DNA from: Bacteroidales bacterium
GTDB lineage: Bacteria; Bacteroidota; Bacteroidia; Bacteroidales; DTU049
Length of the DNA: 64,000 nt
NCBI GenBank assembly: GCA_035390965.1
Contig: DAOPKE010000001.1
Span: forward strand, 24,656 to 88,655
Direction: 5' to 3'
The notes under the pieces were generated by a model. It ran no database searches, was not told the origin of the DNA, and saw only the letters and a program-made list of their open reading frames with translations. Shown one piece after another: positions 45,737-55,832 of this stretch (within the stretch, counting starts at the first letter, position 1; every line of letters starts with the position of its first letter). The position numbers and the translations under genes were made by a program.

Positions 45737-45787
45737 AATCGAAAGGGTCAAAAAAACACAACAAGTCAAATTTTTAAACAAAAGGTT

Positions 45788-46840
45788 ATGGGTATTAAAC
45801 AAATTGTTGAAAGTAAAGGGTACAAAAACTTTATGTCTAAGCTGTATGGCTGGGGCGCATCTCTTGTAATCCTTGGTGCTCTGTTCAAAATCATGCACTA
45901 TCCGGGTGCTGGTGTGATGCTTCTGATTGGTATGGGAACTGAAGCTCTCATCTTTTTCGCTTCCGCTTTTGAACCAATGCATGTTGAACCAGACTGGAGT
46001 CTCGTTTATCCTGAACTCTGGGGAATTTATCACCCTGAAGAAGCTGAAAAGCTTGGATGGGAACCGCAAAAATCTGTTGCTACAGGTAAAACAGTTACTC
46101 AGGAACTCGACAAAATGCTTGCCGATGCCAAAATAGGACCCGAGCTTATTGCCAGTTTGGGTGAAGGAATGAAAAATCTGAGCGAAAATGCCAACAAACT
46201 TTCAGGTGTTGCTGATGCAGCTTCTGCTACCGATGGTTTTGTAACCAATCTCGGTGCTGCGGCTTCCAGTGTTTCAGGTTTGAAAGAAGTTTATGACAAA
46301 ACAGCCAACTCACTGAGTAAGACGGTTGGAGTTAATGATGAATTTGTTGAAACCGTTAAAGCTGCGGCCAACAATGCCAATGAAACCGCTGGTTCATTCA
46401 AGGCGGTTGCCAATGCTATCAATAACGATGTTAATGCTACTGAAGAATATGTGACCAGTATTAAAGGTGCTACTACCGCTGCTCATGCTCTTGCCCAGAA
46501 ATATACCCAAAGTGCCGAATCTCTTACCAAATCTGCTGAAGCTATTGATTTCAGCGCCGTTGACGGAAAATCCTATGGTGATCAGATTCAGCGTATTACT
46601 AAGAACCTTTCAGCTCTGAATGCAGTATATGAACTGCAGCTGCAGGGTGCAAATTCGCAGGTTGAAAAAGCCAATGCCATGCAGGAAAGTCTTGGTGCTT
46701 TTGTTGATAATGTCAATCAAACCATGACAGCCCTGAATTCTTATAAAGATCAGGCAAACGTTCTGTCGAAAAATCTTGCTGCCCTCAACACTGTTTATGG
46801 CAACATGCTTTCTGCAATGAATGTCAACCTCAATAAGTAA
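45788..46840 (+). CDS. gldL: T9SS/gliding motor protein GldL (PorL)
   Basis: Two N-terminal TM helices carrying KLYGWGASLVILGALFKIMHYPGA...GMGTEALIFFASAFEP, then a long alanine-rich cytoplasmic tail. Confidence 0.9.
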   Translation: MGIKQIVESKGYKNFMSKLYGWGASLVILGALFKIMHYPGAGVMLLIGMGTEALIFFASAFEPMHVEPDWSLVYPELWGIYHPEEAEKLGWEPQKSVATGKTVTQELDKMLADAKIGPELIASLGEGMKNLSENANKLSGVADAASATDGFVTNLGAAASSVSGLKEVYDKTANSLSKTVGVNDEFVETVKAAANNANETAGSFKAVANAINNDVNATEEYVTSIKGATTAAHALAQKYTQSAESLTKSAEAIDFSAVDGKSYGDQIQRITKNLSALNAVYELQLQGANSQVEKANAMQESLGAFVDNVNQTMTALNSYKDQANVLSKNLAALNTVYGNMLSAMNVNLNK

Positions 46841-46881
46841 TATAAGGTGTATTGTCTAATCATTTAAAGAAAGGGTAATTT

Positions 46882-48525
46882 ATGGGAGCAAAGAATTGTC
46901 CGGAAACCCCGCGTCAGCGAATGATTTCGATGATGTATCTGGTGTTGACCGCTATGCTTGCCCTCAACGTATCAAAAGATATTTTGCAGGCATTCACTGT
47001 GGTGAACGACAGTATCGTTGAAACCAACCGCATTTTTAAAGCGAAGGTTGATGGAAACTACAATATGTTTAAATCTGCCTATGCATTGACTCCTGGTAAG
47101 GTAAAGGAGAATTATGAAAAGGCACAAACTGTTCAGAAAGAAGCCGATGCACTTGTGGCTTTTATTCAGCAGGTGAAATGGGAAATTATTTCCAAGGTGG
47201 AAGGTAAAACCCCCGAAGAAGTAAAAGCCATGGAAGAAGCTGCAGCCAAAGAAGGCAAAAGTTTTCTGGCCGATATCGACGGAAAAGACAACTATGATGT
47301 TCCTCACCATTATTTCTTTGGCGATTCCGAAGATGGTGGAAGTGGAACCAAAGTTTTTGAACTGAAAGACAAAATCATCGCGTTCAAGAAAAAAATGACT
47401 GATTTGCTTGGGCCAAAATATGCCAAGAGTGTAAACCTGGGGCTTGAAGTGGAAAAGGATTATCCTACCGTTTCGGGCGAAGGCACAGCAAACTGGCAGG
47501 TTACCAATTTCTATCATACCATTCTTGCTGCTGATGTTGTTATTCTCAACAAAACAATCCTCGAGGTGCGTAATGCCGAAGCTGACGTTGTTGCTCAGCT
47601 GTACAACATGGTGGATGCCGAAGGTTTTTCTTTTGACAAGGTAGAAGCCAAAGTTATTGCAAAAAGCAATTATGTGCTTACCGGTAGTGAATACGAAGCT
47701 GAAATTTTTGTTGCAGCTTACGACTCAAAACAGCAGCCAACCATTCTTGTTGGTTCTGGTGTTGATTCCACTACGCTTGAAGTTTCGGGAAATGTCGAAA
47801 CTATTGAAGGTAAAGATGGTGTTGGCCAGTACAAAGTTGGAGCCGGATCTATTGGTGAACAGAAGTTTGGTGGTGTCATTGAAGTAACCTCGCGTAATGG
47901 TGTGAAAACAAAATATCCGTTCAACGCTTCTTACTTCGTTGCGCAGCCATCTGCCACTGTTTCTGCCGATAAAATGAATGTCTTTTACATTGGCGTTGAT
48001 AACCCTGTAACTATTTCGGTTCCTGGCGTTGCCAATGAAAAGGTTCGTGCAAGCATTTCAAATGGTTCACTCAGCCCAACCGGCGGTGGACATTACAATG
48101 TGCGTGTTACCGGTGGTGCCGAAGCTGTCATCAACGTTTCTGCCGATATGGATGGAAGTTCACGTCCGATGGGTTCTACCAAGTTCCGTGTGAAACCCAT
48201 CCCAACTCCTATTCCGAAAGTAGCCAACAAAATCTCTGGGAACTTCACGAAAGCTGAAATTCTTGGATCTCCATATGTGTTAGCAGTTCTCGAAAATTTT
48301 GATTTTGACTTGAGGTATAATGTGGTATCTTTCAAATTCACTTACAAGAATCCTGCTGGTGACCTCATCGATATCCCTGGTCAGGGATACTTACTGAATC
48401 AACAAATGAAAAATCTTATCCAGAATTCGCGCCGTGGCGATCGTTTCTGGGTAGAAGATATCATTGCTGCCGGTCCTACCGGTAACAAACAGATTGGATC
48501 TGTTACAATTAGAATTACTCAATAA
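46882..48525 (+). CDS. gldM: T9SS/gliding protein GldM (PorM)
   Basis: PRQRMISMMYLVLTAMLALNVS N-terminal anchor, a large periplasmic region, and the position between gldL and gldN. Confidence 0.9.
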   Translation: MGAKNCPETPRQRMISMMYLVLTAMLALNVSKDILQAFTVVNDSIVETNRIFKAKVDGNYNMFKSAYALTPGKVKENYEKAQTVQKEADALVAFIQQVKWEIISKVEGKTPEEVKAMEEAAAKEGKSFLADIDGKDNYDVPHHYFFGDSEDGGSGTKVFELKDKIIAFKKKMTDLLGPKYAKSVNLGLEVEKDYPTVSGEGTANWQVTNFYHTILAADVVILNKTILEVRNAEADVVAQLYNMVDAEGFSFDKVEAKVIAKSNYVLTGSEYEAEIFVAAYDSKQQPTILVGSGVDSTTLEVSGNVETIEGKDGVGQYKVGAGSIGEQKFGGVIEVTSRNGVKTKYPFNASYFVAQPSATVSADKMNVFYIGVDNPVTISVPGVANEKVRASISNGSLSPTGGGHYNVRVTGGAEAVINVSADMDGSSRPMGSTKFRVKPIPTPIPKVANKISGNFTKAEILGSPYVLAVLENFDFDLRYNVVSFKFTYKNPAGDLIDIPGQGYLLNQQMKNLIQNSRRGDRFWVEDIIAAGPTGNKQIGSVTIRITQ

Positions 48526-48535
48526 AGCTTGAATT

Positions 48536-49378
48536 ATGAAAACGCTGTTTGTCTCTGTGGTTGTAATGCTTGGTTTTACCATGGCATCCCTGGCTCAGGT
48601 ATTTGATAATCCACCTGACAGAGTCTGGGACAAAGAATACTATCCCGACCGTGTAGCGGTACCCTATCCGCATTTGCGTAAGGCCGATGTTTTCTTTGCA
48701 AAACGAATCTGGCGCGTTATTGATTTGCGCGAAAAAATCAATCATCCGCTGTATTATCCCATTCAACCTACCAATGGACGAATCAGTCTTATGAGTACAA
48801 TTCTTAAAGGAATTGAAGAAAACTCTATCAGAGCTTACAGCGCCATCGATGATGAGTTCAAAACTCCCATGTCGCCTGAAGAGGTGAAAGGTCTTCTTGT
48901 TAAAATTGACACGCTGAAGGATAGATTCGATCCGTTTACAGGTGCTCAGCTGCCTGATACGGTGATTACAACTCCTTTCGATGTGGCTTCGGTGACTATG
49001 TTCCGACTGAAAGAGGATTGGGTTTTCGACAGACAGCGTTCAGTTCTTGAATGCCGTATTTTGGGAATCTGTCCTTTGCGCGAGGAATATGACATCGATG
49101 GAAACCTCAAGGGTACACGTGCCGATTTTTGGATTTATTTTCCCGAAGCCAGAAATGTGCTTGTTAAAAACGAGGTCTTTAACCGTTTCAACGATGCTCA
49201 GCGTCTGACTTATGATGACTGGTTCTTCAAACGCTTGTTTGGCAGCTATGTTATCAAGGAAACAAATGTGTATGACCGTTATATCGTTTCATATGCAACC
49301 AACCTTGACGCTTTGCTTGAAAGTGAACGAATAGAAAACGACACTTTCGTGTTTGAGCACGATTTATGGGAATTGTAA
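48536..49378 (+). CDS. gldN: T9SS/gliding periplasmic protein GldN (PorN)
   Basis: Signal peptide; KRIWRVIDLREKINHPLYYP and EDWVFDRQRS blocks; last gene of the operon, followed by a terminator. Confidence 0.9.
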   Translation: MKTLFVSVVVMLGFTMASLAQVFDNPPDRVWDKEYYPDRVAVPYPHLRKADVFFAKRIWRVIDLREKINHPLYYPIQPTNGRISLMSTILKGIEENSIRAYSAIDDEFKTPMSPEEVKGLLVKIDTLKDRFDPFTGAQLPDTVITTPFDVASVTMFRLKEDWVFDRQRSVLECRILGICPLREEYDIDGNLKGTRADFWIYFPEARNVLVKNEVFNRFNDAQRLTYDDWFFKRLFGSYVIKETNVYDRYIVSYATNLDALLESERIENDTFVFEHDLWEL

Positions 49379-49401
49379 CAAACAGATTTTGTTTATCATT
49401 G

Positions 49402-49431
49402 GCTGCTCTCTTCGGAGGGCAGCTTTTTTTT
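49402..49431 (+). terminator. Rho-independent terminator of the porP-gldKLMN operon
   Basis: GCTGCTCTC-TTCG-GAGGGCAGC: 9-bp stem with one G-U pair and a UUCG tetraloop, followed by 8 T. Lies 24 nt after the gldN stop. Confidence 0.8.
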
Positions 49432-50968
49432 ATACCATGCCCCAGGTTTCGCGGTCGAGACTGCGGTATTGGATGGCTTCGGCCAGATGGTGATTTTCAA
49501 TGTCTGCAGATTGCTCTATATCTGCAATGGTGCGCGCCACTTTTAAAATCCGGTCGTAGGCGCGTGCCGAAAGTTTCAGCATATCCATGGCCTTTTGAAT
49601 CAGTTGCTCGCCTTCAGGTTTCAACTGACAGTATTTTTTCATTAAAGCTGGTGTTAGCTGGGCATTGCAGGAAATCTGGCTATGTTCCTTGTATCTTTCC
49701 TGTTGTATCATTCTGGTTGCGATGACCCGCTGACGGACTGCCTGCGAAGATTCGCTTTTCTTTTTGTCGGTGAGACTACTGAATGGTACCGGTGTAACTT
49801 CAATATGAATATCAATCCGGTCGAGCAGCGGCCCTGAAATGCGGCTTAAATAGCGGCGTATGGCTCCGGGTGCGCAGGTGCATTCTTTTTCAGGGTGATT
49901 GTAGAATCCGCATGGACAGGGGTTCATGGCAGCAATAAGCATGACCGATGCCGGGTAATCAACAGTAAAACGTGCCCGCGAAATGGTTACAATACGGTCT
50001 TCGAGTGGCTGACGCATTACCTCAAGAGCACTGCGTTTAAATTCGGGCAGTTCGTCGAGAAATAAAACCCCGTTGTGAGCCAGACTGATTTCGCCCGGTT
50101 GAGGATAGGTGCCTCCACCAATCAGTGCCACATCGCTGCATGTGTGATGGGGTGCGCGAAAAGGTCGGTTTTTAAGCAGTCCGGTGCCTTGCGGGAGTTT
50201 GCCTGATACCGAATGGATTTTGGTAGTCTCCAGTGCTTCATCGAGCGACATTGGAGGCAATATGGTAGGTAATCGACGGGCCAGCATGGTTTTGCCACTT
50301 CCCGGCGGTCCAATCATAATTGCGTTATGTCCGCCAGCTGCAGCAATTTCCATCACGCGTTTTACATTTTCCTGACCTTTCACATCGCTGAAATCGACCG
50401 GATATGGACTTCCTTTTTCTTCGCTGATTGAATATCCTGAAGGGCAGGGATCCATTTCGGTAGTGCCTTCGAGAAATTGAACTACCTGACGGATATCGTG
50501 CAGGGGAAAAACCTGAAGGCCATCTACTACTGAGGCCTCATGGGCATTTTCGGCAGGGACAATAATTCCCTTGAAATTATTTTTGCGGGCTTCGATGGCG
50601 GCAGAAAGAACTCCTTTTACCGGTGCTATTGTTCCATCTAGTGAAAGTTCCCCAACTATCATGATTTCTGACAGACGTTCGCTTTCTATTTGGTGTGAAG
50701 CAGCGAGTACGGCAATTGAGATGGCAAGGTCGTAGGCCGAACCTTCTTTTTTCATATCTGCTGGCGCCAGATTGATGACCACTCTGCGTCCGGGGTAGCG
50801 GAAACCGTTGTGAACAAGCGCAGAACGTATTCTCTCTATGCTTTCTTTCACTGCATTGTCAGGTAAGCCGGCAATAAAAGTCTTTGTTCCGGATTGAATA
50901 TCGACTTCTACCGAAACGGTATAAGCTTCGATTCCCTGAATGGCACAGCAAAATGTTTTAACAAGCAT
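49430..50968 (-). CDS. comM: YifB/ComM-family Mg-chelatase-like AAA+ ATPase
   Basis: Lon-protease-like N-domain, Walker A ([21 protein letters not shown]), [12 protein letters not shown]-terminal Mg_chelatase_C-like helix bundle. I moved the start to ATG 50968. Confidence 0.9.
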   Translation of the reverse strand: MLVKTFCCAIQGIEAYTVSVEVDIQSGTKTFIAGLPDNAVKESIERIRSALVHNGFRYPGRRVVINLAPADMKKEGSAYDLAISIAVLAASHQIESERLSEIMIVGELSLDGTIAPVKGVLSAAIEARKNNFKGIIVPAENAHEASVVDGLQVFPLHDIRQVVQFLEGTTEMDPCPSGYSISEEKGSPYPVDFSDVKGQENVKRVMEIAAAGGHNAIMIGPPGSGKTMLARRLPTILPPMSLDEALETTKIHSVSGKLPQGTGLLKNRPFRAPHHTCSDVALIGGGTYPQPGEISLAHNGVLFLDELPEFKRSALEVMRQPLEDRIVTISRARFTVDYPASVMLIAAMNPCPCGFYNHPEKECTCAPGAIRRYLSRISGPLLDRIDIHIEVTPVPFSSLTDKKKSESSQAVRQRVIATRMIQQERYKEHSQISCNAQLTPALMKKYCQLKPEGEQLIQKAMDMLKLSARAYDRILKVARTIADIEQSADIENHHLAEAIQYRSLDRETWGMV

Positions 50969-50992
50969 ATGAATTATTCTGAGATCGGTTAA

Positions 50993-51000
50993 CAAAAATA
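50993..51000 (-). promoter_or_regulatory. Bacteroidota -7 box (TATTTTTG) for the comM-like gene
   Basis: Matches TAnnTTTG; 24-nt spacer to ATG 50968, which supports the shortened start. Confidence 0.35.
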
Positions 51001-51036
51001 ATCAAATACTTTGTTGCTTATCTGACAAAATGGAAT

Positions 51037-51044
51037 TATTTTTG
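51037..51044 (+). promoter_or_regulatory. Bacteroidota -7 box (TATTTTTG) for lipoprotein gene 51065
   Basis: Matches TAnnTTTG; 20-nt spacer to the ATG. Confidence 0.35.
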
Positions 51045-51064
51045 TAGAAAACAGCGAAAACTCT

Positions 51065-51487
51065 ATGAAACGCTTTTTCAATATTTTTTTGATTGCCCTG
51101 ATGAGCGCAACTTTACTGGTTTCTTGTCAGCCAGACGAAGATGATGATGATATTTCGAATGATCCGCGCAGCGATTATCAAGGTGTATGGGTGTGTTCCG
51201 AAATTGGCGGACAGTCATACACTGTGAATATTTCAATTGATACGGCCACACAATCGCAGATTACATTGTTCAATTTTCATCATCAGGGATTTGAAGAAAA
51301 AATCAATGCAATTGTATCCGGAACTTCGCTGACCATCAACCCCCAGACCATGTGTATGGGAACCCTCACTGTTGAAGGAACCGCAACCATGCAGAGTAAT
51401 AAAACGAATATGAATTTTTATTACACGGTAAACAACGGCGTTGATATGGACACTATTCAGGCCAATTATACCAAACAGTCGTCCTGA
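51065..51487 (+). CDS. Small hypothetical lipoprotein
   Basis: Lipobox (LLVSCQPDEDDDD), 140 aa. No recognisable domain. A -7 box lies 20 nt upstream. Confidence 0.5.
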   Translation: MKRFFNIFLIALMSATLLVSCQPDEDDDDISNDPRSDYQGVWVCSEIGGQSYTVNISIDTATQSQITLFNFHHQGFEEKINAIVSGTSLTINPQTMCMGTLTVEGTATMQSNKTNMNFYYTVNNGVDMDTIQANYTKQSS

Positions 51488-51567
51488 AGGGACTAAACGG
51501 TCTTATTGAATAAACCATTTCGTACCTGACGGCACGGGTTGGCGTTCTTTTTTGAGCTACCAATATT

Positions 51568-51584
51568 TTGTCCCTATGGGACAA
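51568..51584. repeat. Perfect hairpin TTGTCCC-TAT-GGGACAA
   Basis: 7-bp stem and 3-nt loop, read directly from the sequence. Confidence 0.6.
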
Positions 51585-51701
51585 TTGCAGCTATGTCTGC
51601 TGTTTCCCTTGGGCTCCGAATTCCGGGACAAATCCGCGCCGCTCCTAAAGAACTGAAATAACACCAAAGCGTTTTTTTAATCGGTGCAATCATTTTTGGA
51701 A

Positions 51702-51716
51702 GACTCCGGAGGAGTC
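51702..51716. repeat. Palindrome GACTCC-GGA-GGAGTC (copy 1)
   Basis: Perfect 6-bp arms. The extended direct repeat GACTCCGGAGGAGTC(A/G)CATAT is shared with copy 2, which starts 48 nt downstream. Confidence 0.7.
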
Positions 51717-51748
51717 ACATATCTGTAGCCCATAAATACACAAAATCA

Positions 51749-51765
51749 CGACTCCGGAGGAGTCG
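51749..51765. repeat. Palindrome CGACTCC-GGA-GGAGTCG (copy 2)
   Basis: Perfect 7-bp arms; same core as copy 1. Confidence 0.7.
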
Positions 51766-51911
51766 CATATAAAGAGCTGCGTCCTCTGACAATGCCTGTA
51801 TATATGCGCTTTTGCAGAGGTAGTGGTTGTTAAGCCGGTTTGAAAATACTTTACTGATTATGCTGTTATTTTGTGAAAAATGACAGACGTAAAAAAGATG
51901 ATCAGATTTGT

Positions 51912-52274
51912 TTATTGATCTTTTTCTAACATTGTTTCCAGTATAATCAGACTATCGAGCGCCTGATTGCTTATTTGCTTCAGTTTTTCCGGTTGGTGCG
52001 CCCAGTATCTGTAGGAACGTGTTATTTTTGAAGTGTCGCAATGATATTTTTCAAGCATTAACTGATAGTAATGGGTGGCATGCACCGATACATCTTTGCC
52101 CGTTCGCTCAATTTGCCGGATGGATGCTTCTGTGAGATAAAAATCAATAAGCAGTGTCTTCATGGAGTCTTGTGTAAACACTGAATCAGGGCTGATTTCA
52201 GATGTTTCTTTTTTTGAGGAACAAGCTACAGCAAGCAATAAAACAAATAATATGAAGATCAGCTTTTTGTACAT
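51912..52274 (-). CDS. Small lipoprotein, DUF4296-like
   Basis: Lipobox (LLAVACSSKKE) and DSMKTLLIDFYLTEASI, which resembles the DUF4296 family. I moved the start to ATG 52274; the track start is TTG. Confidence 0.5.
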   Translation of the reverse strand: MYKKLIFILFVLLLAVACSSKKETSEISPDSVFTQDSMKTLLIDFYLTEASIRQIERTGKDVSVHATHYYQLMLEKYHCDTSKITRSYRYWAHQPEKLKQISNQALDSLIILETMLEKDQ

Positions 52275-52408
52275 GCTGCAAAGATACAAAAGAGTAGTGA
52301 GTTAAGCCCTGAAATCCTGTGAGCAACCCAAGCCTCAGGATCAAGTTAAACAACTGTTCGGAAAACATAACTTCTTTTTACTACTAAAGTAGTACTTTCC
52401 ATTAAATT

Positions 52409-52428
52409 GGTGGTAGAACCACCTTTTT
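52409..52428 (+). terminator. Orphan terminator-like hairpin with no annotated plus-strand gene upstream
   Basis: GGTGGT-AGA-ACCACC followed by TTTTT on the plus strand. On the minus strand the stem is followed only by AATTT. Confidence 0.3.
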
Positions 52429-52591
52429 CAGGAACTGACAACTGACAAATTCATAACAACTTTCGCCTTATTCGTATTGTCATTGTTACTTTTCTTTTTA
52501 CATCGATGACTGTGTAATAGATTGTCATAGCTTGCCACGATGCAAGTGGTTCCACGTGATTTTATGTGAGGGTGTTATATTTTCGCAACTT

Positions 52592-54697
52592 TTATGCGAT
52601 ATCAGACAGGGATAATCCTTTGAAACGTTCTTTCAGAGCCGTTTTTAAACATGCGTTTTCGGCTTTTGAAAGAGTTGGATCGTCTGTGCAGATTTGTTCA
52701 GCAGTTTGTCTTGCAAAGGTGATGATATGATCATCACGAACGACATCGAGGTGAATAAATTCAAATTCTCCGCTTTGCCGGGTTCCCATCAGGTCGCCGG
52801 GACCGCGTAGTTTTAGATCGGCTTCGGCAATTTTAAAACCATCGGTTGTTTCTATCATGGCTTTCAGTCTTGTTTTGGCGTCGTTGCTCAGGTTTTTACC
52901 TCCAATTAAAATGCAATAGGATTGGAATTTTCCGCGACCAACTCTTCCGCGCAACTGATGCAATTGCGACAGTCCAAAGCGTTCTGCATTTTCAATGATT
53001 ATTACCGATGCATTTGGGACATCAACGCCAACTTCGATGACCGTTGTTGAGACAAGAATGTTTGTCAATCCGCGGACAAAGCGTTTCATTACAAAATCTT
53101 TTTCGTCCTGAGGCATGCGTCCATGCATAATCCCAACCTCGTATTCCGGCATGGGGAAGTCGCGGATAATACCTTCATAGCCATTTTCGAGAGCTACAAG
53201 ATCCAGCTTTTCCGATTCTTTTATCAGTGGGTAAACAATATAAATCTGCCGACCATTTTTTATTTGTTTTCGCATCATTTCGATTACATAATAGCGCTGG
53301 TCATCGTAGTAGAATTTAGTAATAATTTCTTTTCGGCCGGGTGGCAATTCATCAATAATACTGACATCCAGGTCGCCATAAAAGGTGAGTGCGAGTGTAC
53401 GAGGAATAGGTGTTGCAGTCATAACCAGCGTGTGAACCATTTCAGAACCTTTGGAGTGGAGCTTTGCGCGCTGCATGACCCCAAAGCGGTGTTGTTCGTC
53501 AATAATGGCGAGTCCCAGGTTTGAAAATTCAACAGGATCCTCAATCAGAGCATGCGTTCCGACAACAATATGAATAGACCCATCGGCCAGCGATTTCAGA
53601 ATTTCCTTACGTCCTTTGTTTTTTGTGCTGCCGGTGAGCAATTCAACGCGCAGACCCAAATCAGTTATCCATTTCGAAATGGTTGCAAAATGTTGCTGAG
53701 CCAATATTTCAGTAGGCGCCATCAGGCAGGCCTGATATCCGTTGTCGATGGCCAGCAGGGCTGCCATCATGGCAACGACGGTTTTCCCGCTGCCAACATC
53801 GCCCTGCAACAATCTGTTCATGCGGTATCCACTACCAAGGTCGGCTCTGATTTCGCGCGTAACTCTTTTCTGAGCCGCTGTCAGAGCGAAACTGAGCGAT
53901 TGATTGTAAAAAGCATTGAAATATTTTCCAACTTCTTTGAATATAATTCCAGTTGAGGTTTTCTTTCGGTTGTCGGCGTTTATTTTGTGCCGGAGCTGCA
54001 TCAACAGTGCTTCTTCGAAGCGGAATCTTTTGAGACTACGGTCAAGAATGTTTTCATCCTGTGGGATATGAATGTTTTGATATGCTTCATTGATACCGGG
54101 CAGCTGAAGCGATTTCAGCAGTTTTTCGGGCAACGTTTCATTCATTTGCCCGCTTGTTTTGTTAAGTGCAGCAGCCACAAACATGGATATGGCCTTCGAG
54201 TCGATGCCTTTTGCTTTCAGCTTTTCCGAAGTCTGATAAATGGGTTGAAAACGACCGGAAAATGGCAATCGCTTGAATTCATCCGGTGTGAGGATCTCGG
54301 GATGCGCCATGTATAGTTGTTTGCTGAAAAGCCCAACACGTCCGAAAATATAATATCGTGTTCCGGTTTTGTACTTGTCGGTAACCCATGAGAAATTCTG
54401 AAACCAGATGATTTTAATGGCGGCTGTATCATCATGGAAAATGGCTTCTAAACGCGAATGACCTGTTTTACCCACTTTGACGAATTCATCAAAAAAACCG
54501 GATATCTGCACAAAATTGTCATCGCCCGAAAGTGTGGCAATAGGAGTAATACGTGTCCGGTCGATGTAGCGGAACGGAAAATAATTGAGCAAATCCTGAA
54601 ATTCAAAAACCGATAATTCCTTGTTCAGAATTTCAGCCCGTGCCGGGCCGACTCCTTTCAGATATTCGATTTTATTATTCAGAATTGAATCAGACAT
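52592..54697 (-). CDS. recG: ATP-dependent DNA helicase RecG
   Basis: [13 protein letters not shown], wedge domain, helicase motif I ([10 protein letters not shown]), motif II (IIDEQHRFG), [12 protein letters not shown]...[11 protein letters not shown] moved the start to ATG 54697 (702 aa). Confidence 0.95.
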   Translation of the reverse strand: MSDSILNNKIEYLKGVGPARAEILNKELSVFEFQDLLNYFPFRYIDRTRITPIATLSGDDNFVQISGFFDEFVKVGKTGHSRLEAIFHDDTAAIKIIWFQNFSWVTDKYKTGTRYYIFGRVGLFSKQLYMAHPEILTPDEFKRLPFSGRFQPIYQTSEKLKAKGIDSKAISMFVAAALNKTSGQMNETLPEKLLKSLQLPGINEAYQNIHIPQDENILDRSLKRFRFEEALLMQLRHKINADNRKKTSTGIIFKEVGKYFNAFYNQSLSFALTAAQKRVTREIRADLGSGYRMNRLLQGDVGSGKTVVAMMAALLAIDNGYQACLMAPTEILAQQHFATISKWITDLGLRVELLTGSTKNKGRKEILKSLADGSIHIVVGTHALIEDPVEFSNLGLAIIDEQHRFGVMQRAKLHSKGSEMVHTLVMTATPIPRTLALTFYGDLDVSIIDELPPGRKEIITKFYYDDQRYYVIEMMRKQIKNGRQIYIVYPLIKESEKLDLVALENGYEGIIRDFPMPEYEVGIMHGRMPQDEKDFVMKRFVRGLTNILVSTTVIEVGVDVPNASVIIIENAERFGLSQLHQLRGRVGRGKFQSYCILIGGKNLSNDAKTRLKAMIETTDGFKIAEADLKLRGPGDLMGTRQSGEFEFIHLDVVRDDHIITFARQTAEQICTDDPTLSKAENACLKTALKERFKGLSLSDIA

Positions 54698-54772
54698 TGA
54701 GCAAATATAATAAATATGCGCACATGACTTTCTTGTAAGCCATGAAATTTTGTGCTGTCGGAAAAAAGCAAT

Positions 54773-54780
54773 TATCTTTG
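54773..54780 (+). promoter_or_regulatory. Bacteroidota -7 box (TATCTTTG) for gene 54819-55820
   Basis: Matches TAnnTTTG; 38-nt spacer to ATG 54819. It lies downstream of the track start at 54750, which argues against that start. Confidence 0.3.
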
Positions 54781-54818
54781 TGTGTATAATAAAAGTTGCT
54801 TCAAACGTTATTGTATTG

Positions 54819-55820
54819 ATGAAATATCCCGGGCGCCTGTTTTTAATGTGGTTTTTTTCTGTGACAATGCTACATGCATTTGCCCAGAAAGAAAAGCTTG
54901 TGGTACAGACTCCTTCAACAGATAGTCTTATGGCTGCATCCATGGCCATGTACAATGGTAAAACAGATATGGCCCGGTACGAGGCAAATGAGAAATTTAT
55001 ACAACTTCTGAAAAAAGACCTCAGGGAAGAAAACGCTTTTGATTATGTTTTTGATAGTATTCGTATCCTGTCTGTTATTTATCCTGACGACAGAAAGTTT
55101 AAGGTCTTCAGTTGGAATTTGCCTCTCAGTAATTTCAAAAATGAAAATTATGGATTGATGATGGTTTTTTCTGAAAAGTCGCATAATTACAAGCTGATTG
55201 AATTGCGTGATGTTTCTAATGACATTATTAATCCTGAAAAGGAAATCTTAAAGAAAGGATTGTGGTATGGTGCGGTATATTATCAATTGATAGAGAAGAA
55301 ATTTGATGGTAAAAAAGTTTATACCATCATCGGATGGCATCCCACCAATGGCTTATATCAGCAGAAAATAATCGATGTAATTACTTTTGACCGTAACGAT
55401 GATCCGGTTTTTGGCAAGCTGATGTTCAGAGGAAAGGGTTATACAGGGAGTAAAAGAATTGTTTTTCGATACAGTGATAAGGTTGCTATGAAGCTTCGTT
55501 TTGAAGAAGCGACATATAATATTGTAAAAAAGAAGGAAAAGAAAAAATACAACAGCCGGATCAACAAAAACAATGACCGGGCTTTGCGTAAACCGAAAAA
55601 GAAAACCATAGTTAAAACAAAAATGGAAGAGATGATTGTTTTTGATATGCTTTTTCCCACCAGGCCTGAACTGCAGGGACAATACCAGTATTATTATCCG
55701 CTGTCGGAAACGGGTAACGGTTTCTATTTTAATGATGGCAGATGGGTTCACCGGTCGCTTGAGCCAGCCGAAGACACTTTGCTGGTAAAACCGATCAACA
55801 ATGGCCTGATGCCTGATTGA
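54819..55820 (+). CDS. Hypothetical secreted protein with Lys-rich internal tract
   Basis: Signal peptide (MKYPGRLFLMWFFSVTMLHAFAQ) at ATG 54819, with a -7 box 38 nt upstream. No known motif. Confidence 0.55.
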   Translation: MKYPGRLFLMWFFSVTMLHAFAQKEKLVVQTPSTDSLMAASMAMYNGKTDMARYEANEKFIQLLKKDLREENAFDYVFDSIRILSVIYPDDRKFKVFSWNLPLSNFKNENYGLMMVFSEKSHNYKLIELRDVSNDIINPEKEILKKGLWYGAVYYQLIEKKFDGKKVYTIIGWHPTNGLYQQKIIDVITFDRNDDPVFGKLMFRGKGYTGSKRIVFRYSDKVAMKLRFEEATYNIVKKKEKKKYNSRINKNNDRALRKPKKKTIVKTKMEEMIVFDMLFPTRPELQGQYQYYYPLSETGNGFYFNDGRWVHRSLEPAEDTLLVKPINNGLMPD

Positions 55821-55832
55821 CAGAGAGCAGAA

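Noticed and set aside
46972-47517. 181-aa ORF antisense to gldM, and the 183-aa ORF 43802-44353 antisense to porP
   Set aside because: The sense genes match conserved Gld/Por families and operon order. The antisense translations lack any motif.
54698-54955. N-terminal extensions of longest ORFs: recG (to 54955), the PpiD-like gene (to 61165), guaB (to 62558), topA (from 39212), porP (from 43130), comM (to 50995)
   Set aside because: The extensions lack homology-like sequence, overlap neighbouring genes or promoter boxes, and often begin at TTG or GTG. Internal ATGs give canonical N-termini or signal peptides.
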